A stretch of DNA of 64,000 bases from Octopus vulgaris (taxonomy: Eukaryota), in the NCBI GenBank assembly GCA_951406725.2, contig OX597823.1, forward strand, positions 67,518,001 to 67,582,000, given 5' to 3'. Below the pieces are notes generated by a model. It saw nothing but the letters and a program-made list of their open reading frames with translations, did no database searches and was not told the origin of the DNA. Below are positions 39,963 through 54,889 of the stretch, piece after piece; positions within the stretch are counted from its first letter, which is position 1; each line of letters opens with the position of its first letter. The position numbers and the translations under genes are program-made.

Positions 39963-40474
39963 AAAAGGACATGACAAAGGAATAACTGATTATCTTATGA
40001 ATTTCATTACCATTTCCACTATAAGATGTTGTGAACTCATAGTTGAGTAGCTGACCAACACCTTACAGTTTCAGCATTTTCATGAGAGCTTCAAATATAT
40101 ATTGAGTCTCCAACCAGGCCTATCACAATACCCTTAAAGCTAGGAACTTTTCAGCACCCCCTCATACATATATATTCTTTTATTTGTTCCAGTCATTTGA
40201 CTGTGGCTATGCTGGAGTACCGCTTTTAGTCAAACAAATCGACCCAAGGGCTTATTCTTTGTGAGCTTAGTACTTATTCTATCGGCCTTTTTTGCCAAAC
40301 AACTACATTATGGAGACATAAACACATCAACATTGGTTGTCAAGTGATGGTGGGGGGACAAACATACACACACACACACACATATATATATATGTATATG
40401 TATGTATGTGTATATATATATATATATATATGTATGTGTATATATATATATATGTGTACATATATGCATGTATG

Positions 40475-40506
<32 letters not shown>

Positions 40507-42242
40507 CACACAGAATACAAATCATATATATATATATATGCAACGGGCTTCTTTCAGTTTCTGTCTACCAAATCTACTGACAAGACTTTGATCAGCCTAA
40601 GGATATAGAAGACACTTACCCAAGGTGCCACACAGTAGGACTGAACCCAGAACATGGTTGGTAAGCAAACTACTTACCATATATATATATATATATATAC
40701 AATGGGTTTCTTTTAGTTTCCATCTACCATATCCACTCACAAGGTTTGGTCAGACCAAGACTATAGAAGACACTCAACCAAAATGCCACACAGTAGGACT
40801 GAACCCAGAACCATGTGGCTGAGAAGTGATTTTCTTAAGTACACATCCATATATAGACAAATATATAAATACAAACTTCCACAAATGCACTTGCACATTT
40901 ATGTATCAAAGACTGAAACATATACACAAATGCACACACACACACACACATACAAACATACACACGCGTGCATTTGTGTGTGTGCACGCTGATAAGAATA
41001 TATTCAAAAGTATGGACAAATAAAAGTAAAAATCTACCATTTAAAAGTGAATCATGTTAATATGAGGTCATGGCAGCTATTAATCTTTATGGAAGGCGGA
41101 AACCATACATACTAGATGTTATGCATATGACCATAGTAGAAAAATTAAAAAAAAACCAACAGATTCTTCAAAGGAACATAACAAAGAATGCAATGTGGTG
41201 TTGTATGGCACATAGCATGGTGTGATGTCGTGTCATGCTATGGATGTGGGAAAATGAATAAAAAAATATAAAAAAAAATAAACGCTACAATGTAAGAGAG
41301 AGAGAGAATGAGGAAGGGTGTGTGAGAGATACAGATAGATAGAGAGACTGGGAGAGAGAGAGAGAGAGGAAATGGATGGATTCCATTCTGTATGAAATAA
41401 TGAAAATAGCAATTATGTATCACAGAGAAGGTTAGGGAATTGGCATATTCATTTGAGTGCCTGGATACACAACATGATTTTACTCCCAATAGTGAATGGG
41501 ATTTTCAATTAAAGCTATCTCTCTCTCTCCCCCATCTCTATCTTACCTCTCTCTTGCCCTCTCCCTCTCACACTCTCTCTCTCTTCCTCTCACTCTCTAC
41601 CACACTGCCTCCTCTCTCTCTCTCACGCTATTTATTTTAATTTACATTTCATCATCACAGTTTGGAACTCTCCCAGGATATTTAGACAGTTCATGCCTAT
41701 TTGATGTGACTTTAAAAGACAACAACAAGAATGGTTTGTGGTTTTTGTGGGGTGGGGTTTTTTTTTTTTGCCATTACAAGGATAACATACTACAGAAAAT
41801 AATTTTAGACACAACCTCCACTACCACCACTACCACTACCAAAAATAATAAAAATAATAATGATGACAATGGTGGTGATGATGATGATGATGATGATGAC
41901 CAAATTGTTTCCATTTATTGAATATGATTCCCCCCACTCCACTACACTACAATCACATATGCACTTCCTGAACCTATGTTTAAGCCAACCTATATTTTAA
42001 CCTATTTTATAAATATAAGAAAAATGAAAAATAAAATACTATAGAATGAAATAACTGACAAAAGAAAGACACAAAAGATCACTAAAGACAAATATTTCAA
42101 ACACTAGTTTATGTTATTTTGGGTATATTTTTTCCCAGGTTTTTTTTTAATTTCAATTATCTTCATCAACTATACATAATTAATTTGTATTTCTAATGGG
42201 ATTATAATTAGAAATTGTTGAGCTAATAATAAATGACTAGCC

Positions 42243-42296
<54 letters not shown>

Positions 42297-45200
42297 CCTT
42301 TCTACTAAAGGCACAAGGCCTGAAATTTGGAGGAGAGAAGACTAGTCGATTACATCAACCCCAGTGTTTCACTGGTACTTAACTTATTGATCCCAAAAAG
42401 ACGAAAGGCAAAATTAACAACAGCAGAATTTGAACTCAGAATGTAGCAATAGGCAAAATACCGTTTAGCATGTTGTCCAGCGTGTTAATGATTCTGCCAG
42501 CTCACTGCCTTAACAACAACAACAACAACAACAATAATAATAATAATAATAATAATAATAAAGTATTATCATATACATGTTTTACCTTCATGTAAAAGAT
42601 AAGCTGCAGCAAATATTCTTCCCAAATACCACAGATTTGCTTGTGTTTGACCTCAACCAGTTGAGCATGTCCCTTAGTGGTTGACTATATATGCATCTCT
42701 GATCATAAGCAGGAGTAGTTGGGGGAGCATCATAGCCATGTGTTGAAAGGAATTCTTTGGGGTTTGAATAATTCACTTTTAGAAACACGGGTGTTTCATT
42801 TATCCTTAAACAACCCTTATTCAGGGACCTTTTGAGCTGGATGGGCTATTCAGCATGAAGAAAATTCTAACAGGACCCCCCCCTGCAAGGTTATCTAGAT
42901 ATAACATTACCATGTTGCACACATATGTTTGTGATGCAGGTGCCTAGTATACCCTTATCAGATGGGTAGTCATGATGGGTATATTGGGCTTTGAATATTT
43001 GTATCAAATGTCACTTTGATGGCATACACTATTTTCTCAATAATAATATTAATAAGCATGGTTTATGATTTAAGCAAAGGTCAGTAATTTTCAATATGGG
43101 AGTAAGTCAATTGCATCAACCCCAGTACTTCACTAGTGATTTATTTTATCAAGCCTGGTTGAATGTAAGTTGACCTCAGCAGGATTTGAACCCAGAATAT
43201 AAAGAACTGAAAGAAATGTTGCGAGGCATTTTCCCCAATGCCCTAATGCTTTTGCCAGCTTGCAGCCATGAAAAATGATGATGATAATAATAATTCTTTC
43301 TACAATAGGTAGAAGGCCTAAAATTTGGAGGAAAGGGATAAGTCAGTTACAATAACCCATCTTCAACTGGTACTTGTTTCACCAACCTCATAAGGATGAA
43401 AAGCAAAGTCAATCTCAGCAGAATTTGAAATCAGAACATAAAACTGGAAGAAATGCAGCTAAGAATTTTGTCCATTATGCCAAGATTCTTATATCTTTAT
43501 TGCCCACAAGGGGCTAAACATAGAGGGGACAAACAAGGTTAGACAAAGGTGTTAAGTCGATTACATCGACCCCAGTGCATAACTGGTACTTAATTTATCG
43601 ACCCCCGAAAGGATGAAAGGTAAAGTCGACCCCGGCGGAATTTGAACTCAGAACATAACGGCAGATGAAATACTGCTAAGCATTTCGCCCGGCATGCTAA
43701 TGTTTTTGCCAGCTCGCCGCAGTATGCCAAGATTCTACCAGCTCAGTGCCTTTAAGAGTAATAATGATAATTCTTTCTATAATAGGCACAAGGCCTGAAA
43801 TTTTGAGGAAGTGAGATAATTATTTCCGCCTAATCATCATCTTCAGGTCATTCAGAGGAAAGTGCCCTTTCCATGTATTTTGAATAATTTTAGTTTTCAT
43901 TCAACTATTTTCCTGTCTTTTATTTCTATTCTTTCCCTCTCTGATGGTCTACTACTCCTCTCCAGATTCTATTTTCTTCCCATCATGATGATGAGATGGT
44001 ACAGCTGGTTGAGGCCAAGGAGGAGACAGCTGCTCTCAACTTCTGGTTTCAGGGTTGAGGTGTGTCTTTCAAATATCTTTGGACCTGCAGCCAATGCTGC
44101 AACAGGTAGTACTTTTAGAGCAGCAACCTCCAGGATTTGCCATTGTTGATGTTTCTGCTTCTGTCCACTGCTTAACATTTCCATTTCCTCAGAGCAGAAA
44201 GTACTCAAATGGTTCTCACTCCAACATGTACATTAGCTGGCCTTTCTGCCTTGCACCATTAATCATGTTGCATTATTATTTTTTTCTTTCTTTTTTTTGC
44301 TCTTTGTTTTCACACTGACAATAAGGTGCAATTTTGAAATTGCCCTGCAATTCAAAAAAAAATTTGAAATTGTCTAAACTGACTCCCTCCTGACCATATA
44401 ATCATTTTCATCACTTGTGTAGTGAAGATCTGTCTCTATAGCACTGCATAAATAACAATAAACCAAGAGTCAATGGTTATAATACAGGGTGAGTCTATGG
44501 ACAGGCATGTATTGCACCTGCTTGGTTTGTCACATCATCCATCTGTCTTGAAAATCATGCTGGTATCTCCATCACTAAAAGGCGGCGAGCTGGCAGAATT
44601 GTTAGCATGCTGGGCGAAATGCTTAGCGGTATTTCGTCTGCCGCTACTTTCTGAGTTCAAATTCCGCCGAGGTCAACTTTGCCTTTCACCCTTTCGGGGT
44701 CGATTAAATAAATACCAGTTACGCACTGGGGTCGATATAATCGACTTAATCCATTTGTCTGTCCTTGTTTGTCTTCTCTGTGGGCAGTAAAGAAATAGGT
44801 ATCTCCATCACTCACAATGATCACATCATCCTCCTCTTCAGACACAAACTGAATGCCCCCTTTGCATTTCCTTTTGCCTATTCTTGGGCAAGGAGATATG
44901 CTCATTTATAAACTCTTCCACAACAAAGGCAACTCTGTTATTTATCTTTTCCATTGCAAGCATAACACTCTGATAAGTTAACTATGTAGTTTTCATATGG
45001 TCACTCGGCCTGCCAGAAATAGCAGCCATATCTCACTCCAAAAAATCTTCCAATCTACCTGAAATGAATGCGTGCTAACTTCAGTAGGTATGTCTGCTAT
45101 CATAGTGCTGGGTTGACCAAATTATTGTGGATGAAATTTGGTAGAAAGAAACTACACGGCAGCCCAAAAGAAAGACACCCCCATGTTCTTGGAGGCTGGA

Positions 45201-46481
45201 CAATGTCCATGCTCTGTTTTCAACCCTTTTGACAATAACCTGCCTGAAACTACCACTGGTTTTATTATACAAATTTTATCATCATCATCATTTAACGTCC
45301 ATTGTCCATGCTGGCATGGGTTGGATGGTTTGACCAGGGTTGGAAAGCTGGAAGGCTGTACCAGACTCTAGTCTGAGTTGGAATGGTTTCTATGGCTGGA
45401 TGCCCTTCCTAACACCAACCACTCCAAGAATGTATTGGGTGTTTTTACATGCCACCAGTATGCAAACTTCTAATTTAAAACTGATCTGGATTAAAACCAC
45501 CAATCAAAACTTTATGTTAATTCATGTTCCAAACACCAGCATAATAACAATGAAGATATTTTACTAAATTCTTCATTTATTTCAAAATGAGCTTATGCAA
45601 AGCCAGTGTATTTCAACAAAAAAGTGGTAACAAAAGTGTTAACATCATCACCAGACCACTGAATGCCTTTAGGAGAATAAACTCTGTTGCAAGGGTAAGA
45701 GTTAGGATTGGGATTGGATTAGGGTTAGGTCTGAAGATAACATACTCTCACAATCTGGGAAGGTCTTAAAAGGGTTACTGATGTTGCCAATCCTCTTCTG
45801 AGAAAAGCAATAACATTAAAGACAAAGAAAAAAATTCTATTTTCTCTATCATTTGGGACTATTTTAAACATTTTTCTTTTCTTTTAGCTTTGTTAAATAA
45901 AAATTACAAAAATGTTTCATATTTTCATAATTGTTTCTTTTTCTTTTTTCCCCCATTTTTCTTTGGTATTTGACCAACAAATGATCTAATTTTTTTCTTT
46001 TTTATTTCAAACAAAAAACAATAGAAAATGAGCGTAAAACAATAGCTACAATTTAGTTATCTCAAAAAATCCCAAACGCACACACATATATACATACACA
46101 TACATGCACATATACAAACACACACACACACGCATGTGCACACTGTCATTTTGACAGTCTGTCTCCAACAATCTCTCTCTCTCTCTCTCTCAATTTTGAA
46201 TACAAAACTTTCTCTTTTTTGTTTTTTAATAGCAAAAATGTACCGAGTCACCCCAAGGATAATTACAAATGTGAAACAGAAAAATAAATACATATACTAA
46301 CAAACAAACAAACAAACGAATAAAAGGAAAGGAAAAGAAGATGTGTGTTAGATGCAATAATAATGATGCATCCGCAGAGAAATGATGATCTAATTGGTAG
46401 CTATGGTAATTTGTTGAAAGTCAAATAAAAGATTTGAAGTTCACCTAATAATAGTGAGAAATAGTTGTGATGAGGAGGAGG

Positions 46482-46499
<18 letters not shown>

Positions 46500-46512
<13 letters not shown>

Positions 46513-47610
46513 GTAGGGTTGTTGTTTCTTGTTTTGGTGGTTGTCATAGTGGTGGTAGTGGTCGAAGGTTTTGTTATAAATGGTGATGGTTGTGACATTA
46601 GAGGCAGTGGAGGTGATGGCAATGGTTGCAGGGGGTGGTTTCTGGTAGTATGAGTAGTTGTGAAAGTGGTTGTGCTTGTGGTTGTAGTTGCAGCAGTGGT
46701 GGTAGTAGTTGTGCAGATAGTGGCTACGGTCTTCATTGTAGTGGTAGTAGTAATTATAGTGGTGGTGGTGGTAGTTGTGGTTGTGGTGGTGATGGTTCTT
46801 ATGGTAATGGTTATAGTGGTGAAGGTTTTGGTGCTAGTGGTTAGGGTTCTAGTAGCATGGGATGTTGTAGTGATTGTGGTTGTGGTGGTGGTAGTGATGG
46901 TTGTGGTAGTGGCTGCAGTGGTGATGGTTTTGGTGTTAATAGGAGTTGTGAAGATAGTAGTGGTTTTGGTGCCAGTAAATGTTGTAGTGTTAGCAGTGGT
47001 TGTGATTATGGTTCTGGTAGTATGGGTAGTTGTAGTAATTGTCATTGTGATTGTGGTTGTGGTTATGGTAGCAGTTGTAGTGGTGATGGTTTTGGTGTTA
47101 GTAATGGTTGTGATGTTAGTAGTGGTTTTGGTGCCAGTAGTGGTTGTAGTGTTACTAGCAGTTATGATGGTGGTTCTGGTAGTATGGGTAGTTGTTGAGT
47201 GTGGTTGTGGTTATGGTAATAGCAGTAGTGGTAGTTGTGAGGATGGAGATGGTTGTTGTCATTGTAGTGGTAATAGTATTTACAGTTACAGTGGTGGTGG
47301 TGGTGGTGGTTGTGGTTGTGGTTGTAGTGGTGATTGTTGTAGTATTAATAGCAGTTGCAATGGTAGTGTTTGGGTTTTTTTTATAGTAGTTGTAGTTGTA
47401 TAGTCGTGGTGGTAGTATTAATAGCAATTGTGTTGGTGGTGGTCACCTTGATTGTGATAGTGGTATGAGTTGTAGCAATAATAGTAGAGATGATTGTGAT
47501 GATGGTTGTAGTAGCAGTGGTTGTAGTATTAGTAGTTCTTGTAGTAGTAATGTATTTGTTGTAGTAGTAGTGGTGGTGGTGGTGGTGGTGGTTGCAGTAG
47601 TAGTGGTTGT
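46500..47610. repeat. Degenerate (GTG/GTA/GTT)n low-complexity tract with higher-order about 162-bp repeats
   Basis: gtggtgatggttttggtgtta at 46918 and 47080. The tract yields spurious poly-Val, Thr and Gly-Cys-Ser ORFs. Confidence 0.85.
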
Positions 47611-47871
47611 AGCTAGTCTTTTATCTTTTTACTTGTTTCATTCATTGGATTGCGTCCAAGCTGGGGCACCGCCCTGAAGCGTATTTTGAGTCAAAGAAAT
47701 TGCTGACACTAGTACCACTTATTCTATTGGTCTCTTTTGCTGAACCACTAAGTTACAGAGGCGTAAACAAACCAATGCACATTTTCAAGTGTTGAAGGGA
47801 AACAAACACAAATACACACACACAGAAATATATATAACTGAAAAAAGCCCAGTGTATATCTATATAGATAT

Positions 47872-48560
47872 GTGGTCCGATCAATAAGTGTCCGGACTGT
47901 TGCTGTAGTAATGAAGCTGAAGCACACAGAGTGAAGTTGCTTGACGCGGATTGACCTTGAACTCTGCTGTGCATGTGCACTAAGTATTAACATTCTTGCT
48001 CACTTCGGCTATTTACAGCAGTGCTTGGAAGGAAGGTGTGTAGATTGTGATCGATACATTGACCATGACAGAGAAAGTTGAGCAGAGAATCTGCATCAAA
48101 TTTTGCCAAAAGCTTGGTGATACCTGCTCGGAGGCCTACGCAATGTTTTCAAAAAGTTTTCATCATTCTCAACACGATCAAGATCTTGTGCAACTAAAAC
48201 CCAAGCGTCTTTTTGGTCAGCTGAAAGCAGTTGTGGCACAAACTTGGCAGACATGCATCTCATACCCAAATCTTTAGGGATAATGGACTGAACTGAACTG
48301 AACTGAACTGTAACTAATTTGCACATCCTCTGATAACTCATGGATGGCAATTCAATGATATTACTGCACAACTGTGCATACATCTGCAGTGTTTTTCTCA
48401 CTTCTGCTGGTTGCAGGTCTCCAAGAATGTTTATCAATATCGACATTTTTTCATCCATCTTGGAAACGTCTGAACCACTCTTACACTTGTGTGCAGCTCA
48501 TACACTCCTCTCTATACACTTTCTGCAACCTTGCGTAGGGCTCTGAGCAGGTATCACCAT
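47872..48560. mobile_element. Mariner 5' relic with internal inversion
   Basis: Plus strand MTEKVEQRICIKFCQKLGDTCSEAYA; minus strand GDTCSEPYARLQKVY...EWFRRFQDG...MSAKFVPQLL. Confidence 0.8.
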
Positions 48561-48659
48561 GACAAGTTTCTCTGCACCTTGGGCAAGTGTCTTCTACTAT
48601 AGCCTCAGGCTGACCAAAGCATTGAGAGTGGATTTGGTAGATGGAAACTGGAAGAAGCC

Positions 48660-49347
<688 letters not shown>

Positions 49348-50563
49348 ATTATATGCACACACACACACGCGTGTGCACACAAATATATATACACAATGGG
49401 CATTTTACAGGTTCCTGCTACCAAATCCGAAATCCATTCACAAGGCTTCGGTTGGCTCAGTGCTACACTTTCCCAAAGTGCCACACAGAACACACTTGCC
49501 CAAGGTGCCACATAGTGAGACAGAACCCAAGACCACAAGGTTGAAAAGCAAGATTCTTAACCACATTTCCATGCCTGCTCTTAGTAATTTTTATTTTTGT
49601 CTTTGACATTGTCAATCCATATAATTCTTCTTGTCAACAACTCTTAATGTATGGCATAGATTATGGAAGCTCAAAAACAACAATTTCTTTAAACTTTTGA
49701 TATCCAAATGAGAGATGTGAAGAAAGAGAAAATAAAAGGAACTCTGAGAAAAGAGAAGCAGAGAGAGAAAGTGGGGGGACATGCAGACAAAGACAGAGAG
49801 GAAAAAATAAAAAGAGGCTGATAAAAAGATGAGAAGGAGTGAGTGGAAATGGGGAGAGATACATTCAGAACAATGAGATAAAATGAAAGACAGAGAATGA
49901 AGAAAGAGTAAGGAGAGGTAGAGTGAGAGGGAGAGAGAGATTAGGAATGACAGATAACATATAATCAAGCATCCTTTCAATGTGACAAGAAAGAAATATA
50001 TTTCTAGGAAAACTATTGGAATTATTCATCATTATCATCATCATCATCATAATTATAACAATTATTGTGTAGAACACAAATGTGATTGGTTGAAGTGGTT
50101 GTCCCATCTGATTTGCAATCCCGTCTTCATTTTCTGGCATTAAAAAAATATATATAAAAAGACAAAATGTCTAGAGTCTTGTTATTTTGGAGGGTTCTTG
50201 GGGAGGTAGGGAGAGGTGTTTTTAGTTTATTATTTTATAGGCATGGCTGTGTCAGAAGCTTGCTTCCCAAATGCATAGTTTCAGGTTGGGTCCCATTGCA
50301 TGTCATCTTGTGTGTCTTCTACCATAGCCCTGAGCCCAACCAAAACATTGTGAGTGGAATTTGACAGACAGAAACTGAAAGAAGCCCATTGTATAAATAA
50401 ATAAATGTGTGTGCGTGTGTGTGTGTCTAGGTGTAAGCATGGCTGTGTGGTAAGAAGCTTGCTTCCCCACCAAACTTGATGGCCTTGAACCAAAATTTGA
50501 AATCATTATCATTATTATCACCATCATCATCATCATCATCATCATTATTATTATTATTATTAT

Positions 50564-51106
50564 TGAGTGAGAGAGCAGTGCATGCCATCAAAATGACACT
50601 GGGGTAAAATATACGAAACCCAATATACCCATCATGACTACCCGTATGATAAGGGTACACTAGGCACATGCATCACAATCATATGTGCACGATATGGTGA
50701 TCTCATATCAAGATAAACAGCACATGACCTTGCAGGTGGGGCCCAGTTAGAATTTTCTTCTGGTTGAGTAGCCCATTCTGCTCAAAAGATCCCTGAATAA
50801 GGGTTGTTTAAGGATGTTGAACGAAACACCCATGTTTCCAGAGGTGAATTATTCAAACCCCAAAGAATCCCTCTCAACACATGGCTATGATGCTCCCCCA
50901 CTACTTCTGCTCATGATCAGAGATGCACATATCATCAGCCACTAAGGAACATGCTCAACTGGTTAAGGTCAAACAACTGACAAGCAAATCTGTGGTATTG
51001 AGCAGAATATTTGCTGTAGCCCATCTTTTATACCAAGACAAAACAATGTACATGATAACACTTCCAATCAGTTAAGATCACTGCCTGGTACTGCATCACG
51101 GCATTT
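50564..51106 (-). mobile_element. About 550-bp non-coding retroelement inserted in (TAA)n
   Basis: Near-identical copy at about 51900-52455, older copy at about 42565-43020(+), truncated copy at about 53638-53830. All are bordered by (TTA)n/(TAA)n. Confidence 0.8.
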
Positions 51107-51899
51107 ATTATTATTATTATTATTATTAGAATGTATGAGGAGAAATATGTTAGCGGGTTATTAACATCACGCCCTGGAGGAATGAATAAGATGACAGGAG
51201 AATATATTCAAATTTATACAAAACTGTTTGATTAAATATTCTCCTTTCTCTCTTTTTCTTTCCATTTTTTCTGTCGTTTTCTTTTTTCTGTCTTTTTCTT
51301 TTCACCTGTTATAAAATTGAAACTAAAAAACTGATGATGTCATTCCATCAACATGTGGACGCTGGTTGCTCTCGTTGATACTTTACATTTACGTTTCTGT
51401 AATTTTGAATTTTTATCGCTTCTTATTTTGAACTTCACAAAGACAGACATACTGTTGAAATATCGTTCACCTAATAAAATATCTTACAATCGAATCTTGC
51501 TCTTCGTCTTGACTGTTTACCTTTGTGAAGAGTTACGTCAATCCTTTTTAAAATATTATTATTATGATTATTATTATTATTATTATCATTACTAAGGCAG
51601 CAAGCTGGCAGAATTGTTAGCACGCCAGGCAAAATGTTTTGCAGCATTTAGTCTGCCTTTACAAAGAAAAGCGGTGAAATGGCAGAATCATTAGCATGTA
51701 AAACAAAATGCTTCGCGGTATTTCACCCATTGTTCTGTTCTGAGTTCAAATTCTGCCATGGTTGACTTTGCCTGCCATCCTTTCAGGGTCAATAAAATAA
51801 GTACCAGATGAACATTGGGGGCGATGTAATCGACTCATCTCCTCCCACTAAATTGCTGTCATTGAGACAAAATCTGAAACCATTATTATTATTATTATT

Positions 51900-52452
51900 G
51901 AGTGAGAGAGCAGTGCATGCCATCAAAGTGACACTGGGGTAAAATATACGAAACCCAGTATACCCATCATGACTACCCGTCTGATAAGGGTACACTAGGC
52001 ACATGCATCACAACCATATGTGTGTGACATGGTGATCTCATATCAAGATAAACAGCACATGACCTTGCAGGTGGGGCCCAGTTAGAATTTCCTTCTGGTC
52101 AAGTAATCCATCCCACTCAAAAGGTCCCTAATAAGGGTTGTTTAAGGATGGTGAACAAAACACCCATGTTTCCAGAAGTGAATTATTCAAACCCCAAAGA
52201 ATCCCTCTCAACACATGGCTATGATGCTCCCCCACTACTTCTGCTCATGGTCAGAGATGCACATACCATCAGCCACTAAGGGCCATGGTCAACTGGTTAA
52301 GGTCAAACAACTGACAAGCAAATCTGTGGTATTGAGCAGAATATTTGCTGTAGCCCATCTTTTATACCAAGACAAAACAATGTACATGATAACACTTTCA
52401 ATTAGTTAAGATCAGAAGCCATGAGAGCCACTGCTTGGTACTGCATCAGGGC

Positions 52453-52455
<3 letters not shown>
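51900..52455 (-). mobile_element. Second copy of the (TAA)n-associated about 550-bp element
   Basis: Direct repeat of 50564-51106 with (TTA)n on both sides. Confidence 0.8.
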
Positions 52456-52491
<36 letters not shown>

Positions 52492-52800
52492 TACTACTAT
52501 TATTATTATTATTATTATCACCAAAAAAGGTGGGGATCAGGCAGAATTGTTAGCACACTGACTGAAATGCTTTGCAGCATTTTGTCTGTATTTACATTCT
52601 GAGTTTAAATGCTGCCAAGGTCAACTTTGCCATTCGTCCTTTTGGGGTTGATAAAATCAGTACCAACTAAGATCAACAAGAACAATGGTAAAAAAAAAAA
52701 AGCAAATTCAATTCTCATACAATTGTACCTCTTGTAAATAGCTAAGAAGAGAAAGAAATGGGGGGAAATAGAATAATACAGTTTAAGCCAATCTACTTAC

Positions 52801-52922
52801 ATAGCAATCTCTGTTTGTAGGTCCTGTACAGCCTCCAGCACATTCACTATGGCAACACTGACTGCTTGTAGGACCAAAGCACCTATATGCACAAGAACTG
52901 GAGCAAGCTGAACCATTATTTT
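52801..52922 (-). CDS. EGFR: EGFR-like exon, domain II
   Basis: cctttctAG ... TAT|GTAAGT, 122 nt, phase 1/0. Reads QNNGSACSSSCAYRCFGPTSSQCCHSECAGGCTGPTNRDCY (CCHxxCAxGCTGP hallmark). Confidence 0.94.
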
Positions 52923-53193
52923 CTAGAAAGGATCAGAAAAATTACATGTATATCATATAGATATATATTTACACACAAACAAACACACACACACACAGAT
53001 GCATATGTGCACACATGCATGCACACAATATGCTTACATACATTTTCCAGCAATCACATTCCACTTGTAAGACATTGTTCAATCCAAGGTATAAAAAGAA
53101 AAGAAAATGCTTTCTCAGGGTTTCATAGTGTGGGACTGAACCTGGAATCATGCAATGAAACTCATATGAAATAAATGCTGAGCAAGAACTCAC

Positions 53194-53277
53194 GTGTTTG
53201 ACACATGTCTATACCAAGGCCCCAACAGCTAATAGTATCAGTCCGCAGTTTGTGACAGCCATGTATACAGCCATAAC
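53194..53277 (-). CDS. EGFR: EGFR-like exon, start of furin-like Cys-rich domain II
   Basis: tttttatAG ... C|GTGAGT, 84 nt, phase 1/1. Reads CYGCIHGCHKLRTDTISCWGLGIDMCQT (CWG...CQ motif). Confidence 0.92.
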
Positions 53278-53910
53278 CTATAAAAATAAAGCATCAGTTT
53301 CATCGTGTAAAGACTTCAGTTTTCATTTAAATAAAATAATATGAAGAAATATTTTTAGTAAATATTATCATTATTATTATCATTATCATTATTATTAGTA
53401 GTAATAAGGTGGCGAACTGGCAGAATCGTTAGCACACTGGGCAAAATGCTTAGTGGCATTCCATCCATCATTATGTTCAGAGTTCAAATTCCACTGAGAT
53501 CAACTTTGCTTTTCATCCTTTCAAAGTTGATAAAATAAGCACCAGGCTAACACTAGAATCAATGCAATTGACTCATCACCTCCCCCGAAATTGCTGGCCT
53601 TGTGCCAAAATTTGAAACCAATATTATTATTATTATTGAGTGAGAGCAGCACATATCATCAAAGTGATGCTGGAGTACAAATATAAGAAGCCTAATATAC
53701 CTAGAATGACTATCTGTCAAATAGGAGTACACCAGGCACTTGCATCACAACCATATGTGCACGACATGGTAACTTCGTGTCAAAATAAACTGCACATGAC
53801 ATCGCAAATGGGACCCAGTTCAGAACTTTCTTCTTCTTCTTCTTATTATTATTATTATTATTATTATCATTATCATCATTATCATTACTATTATTATCAT
53901 TATCATTATT

Positions 53911-53945
<35 letters not shown>

Positions 53946-53958
53946 CATCATTATTATT

Positions 53959-54019
<61 letters not shown>

Positions 54020-54757
54020 CTATTATTATCATTATTATTAATTGTGAGATGCAGAGCAGCACTTCGTCTGTCTTTAGCTTCTGAATTCAAATTCCACCAA
54101 GGTTGACTTTATTTTTCATCCTCTCAGGGTCGATAAAATGGATACCAGTTAAGCACTGGGGTCAATCTAATGGACTTAGCTCCTTTTCCAAAATTTTTGG
54201 CCTTGTGCCAAAATTTGAAACCAATATTATTATTATTAATATTAATGTTGATAAAACAGTGAGCTGGCAGAATTGTTAGCATGCCGGGCAAAATGCAGCA
54301 TTTCGTCTGTCTTTACATCTCAGGGTTGTTAAAAAAAGTACCAGTTGAATGCTGGGGTTGATGTTGTTAGCATGCTGGACAAAATGACAGAACAATCAGC
54401 ACGTTGGACAAAATGCTTAGCAAGATTTCACACATCTTTACAGTTTGAGTTCAAATTCTGCCAAGATTAACTTTGCCTTTTATCGTTTCAGGGTTGATAA
54501 AATAAGAACCAGTTGAGTATTGGGGTCAGTAATCGACAACCCCAACCCTCCCACAAAATTCAGCCTTGTGATTATAGTAGAAAGGATTATCATTAAGAAA
54601 GCAACAGTAGCAGTAGTGGTGTGAAGTAGTATGGCAGAAACGGTAAAGAACTTTGAATTTAGTTTCACAATGAAATTTGATGAAAGCCGGACAAAATAGA
54701 ACAATTAGAAATATAAGTAAATGATATAGAATATTAGAATCATTGAATAGACCTTAC

Positions 54758-54889
54758 ATTTTGCCTTTTCTGTTTCATGGTAGACCACCGCAACTTGGGA
54801 CGTTCGTGGAACTATAAGAGTCCATGCTATGGTGTCGATGAAACACAGAAAATTGTTCTTGTAGATGACCACATTACCATTACTAATTT
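54758..54889 (-). CDS. EGFR: EGFR-like exon, end of L1
   Basis: ttttttcAG ... T|GTAAGG, 132 nt, phase 1/1. Reads EISNGNVVIYKNNFLCFIDTIAWTLIV..., equivalent to EILxGxVxxxxNxxLCxxxTIxW. Not in the ORF track. Confidence 0.93.

Noticed and set aside
38845-40608. Long YI/HT/CV-rich ORFs in the ORF track (also 12745-13403, 25017-25370, 53640-54090, 57830-58147)
   Set aside because: These are translations of di- and trinucleotide microsatellites.
46401-47427. Thr-rich mucin-like ORFs on the gene's sense strand, and Val-rich or Gly-Cys-Ser ORFs on plus
   Set aside because: They come from a degenerate trinucleotide tract that is open in several frames, with no credible splice sites. Flanking exons 52801 and 35158 already join in frame.
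51431-51534. Pre-miRNA candidate
   Set aside because: The stem is only about 17-20 bp with an about 60-nt loop, and I recognise no mature miRNA sequence.
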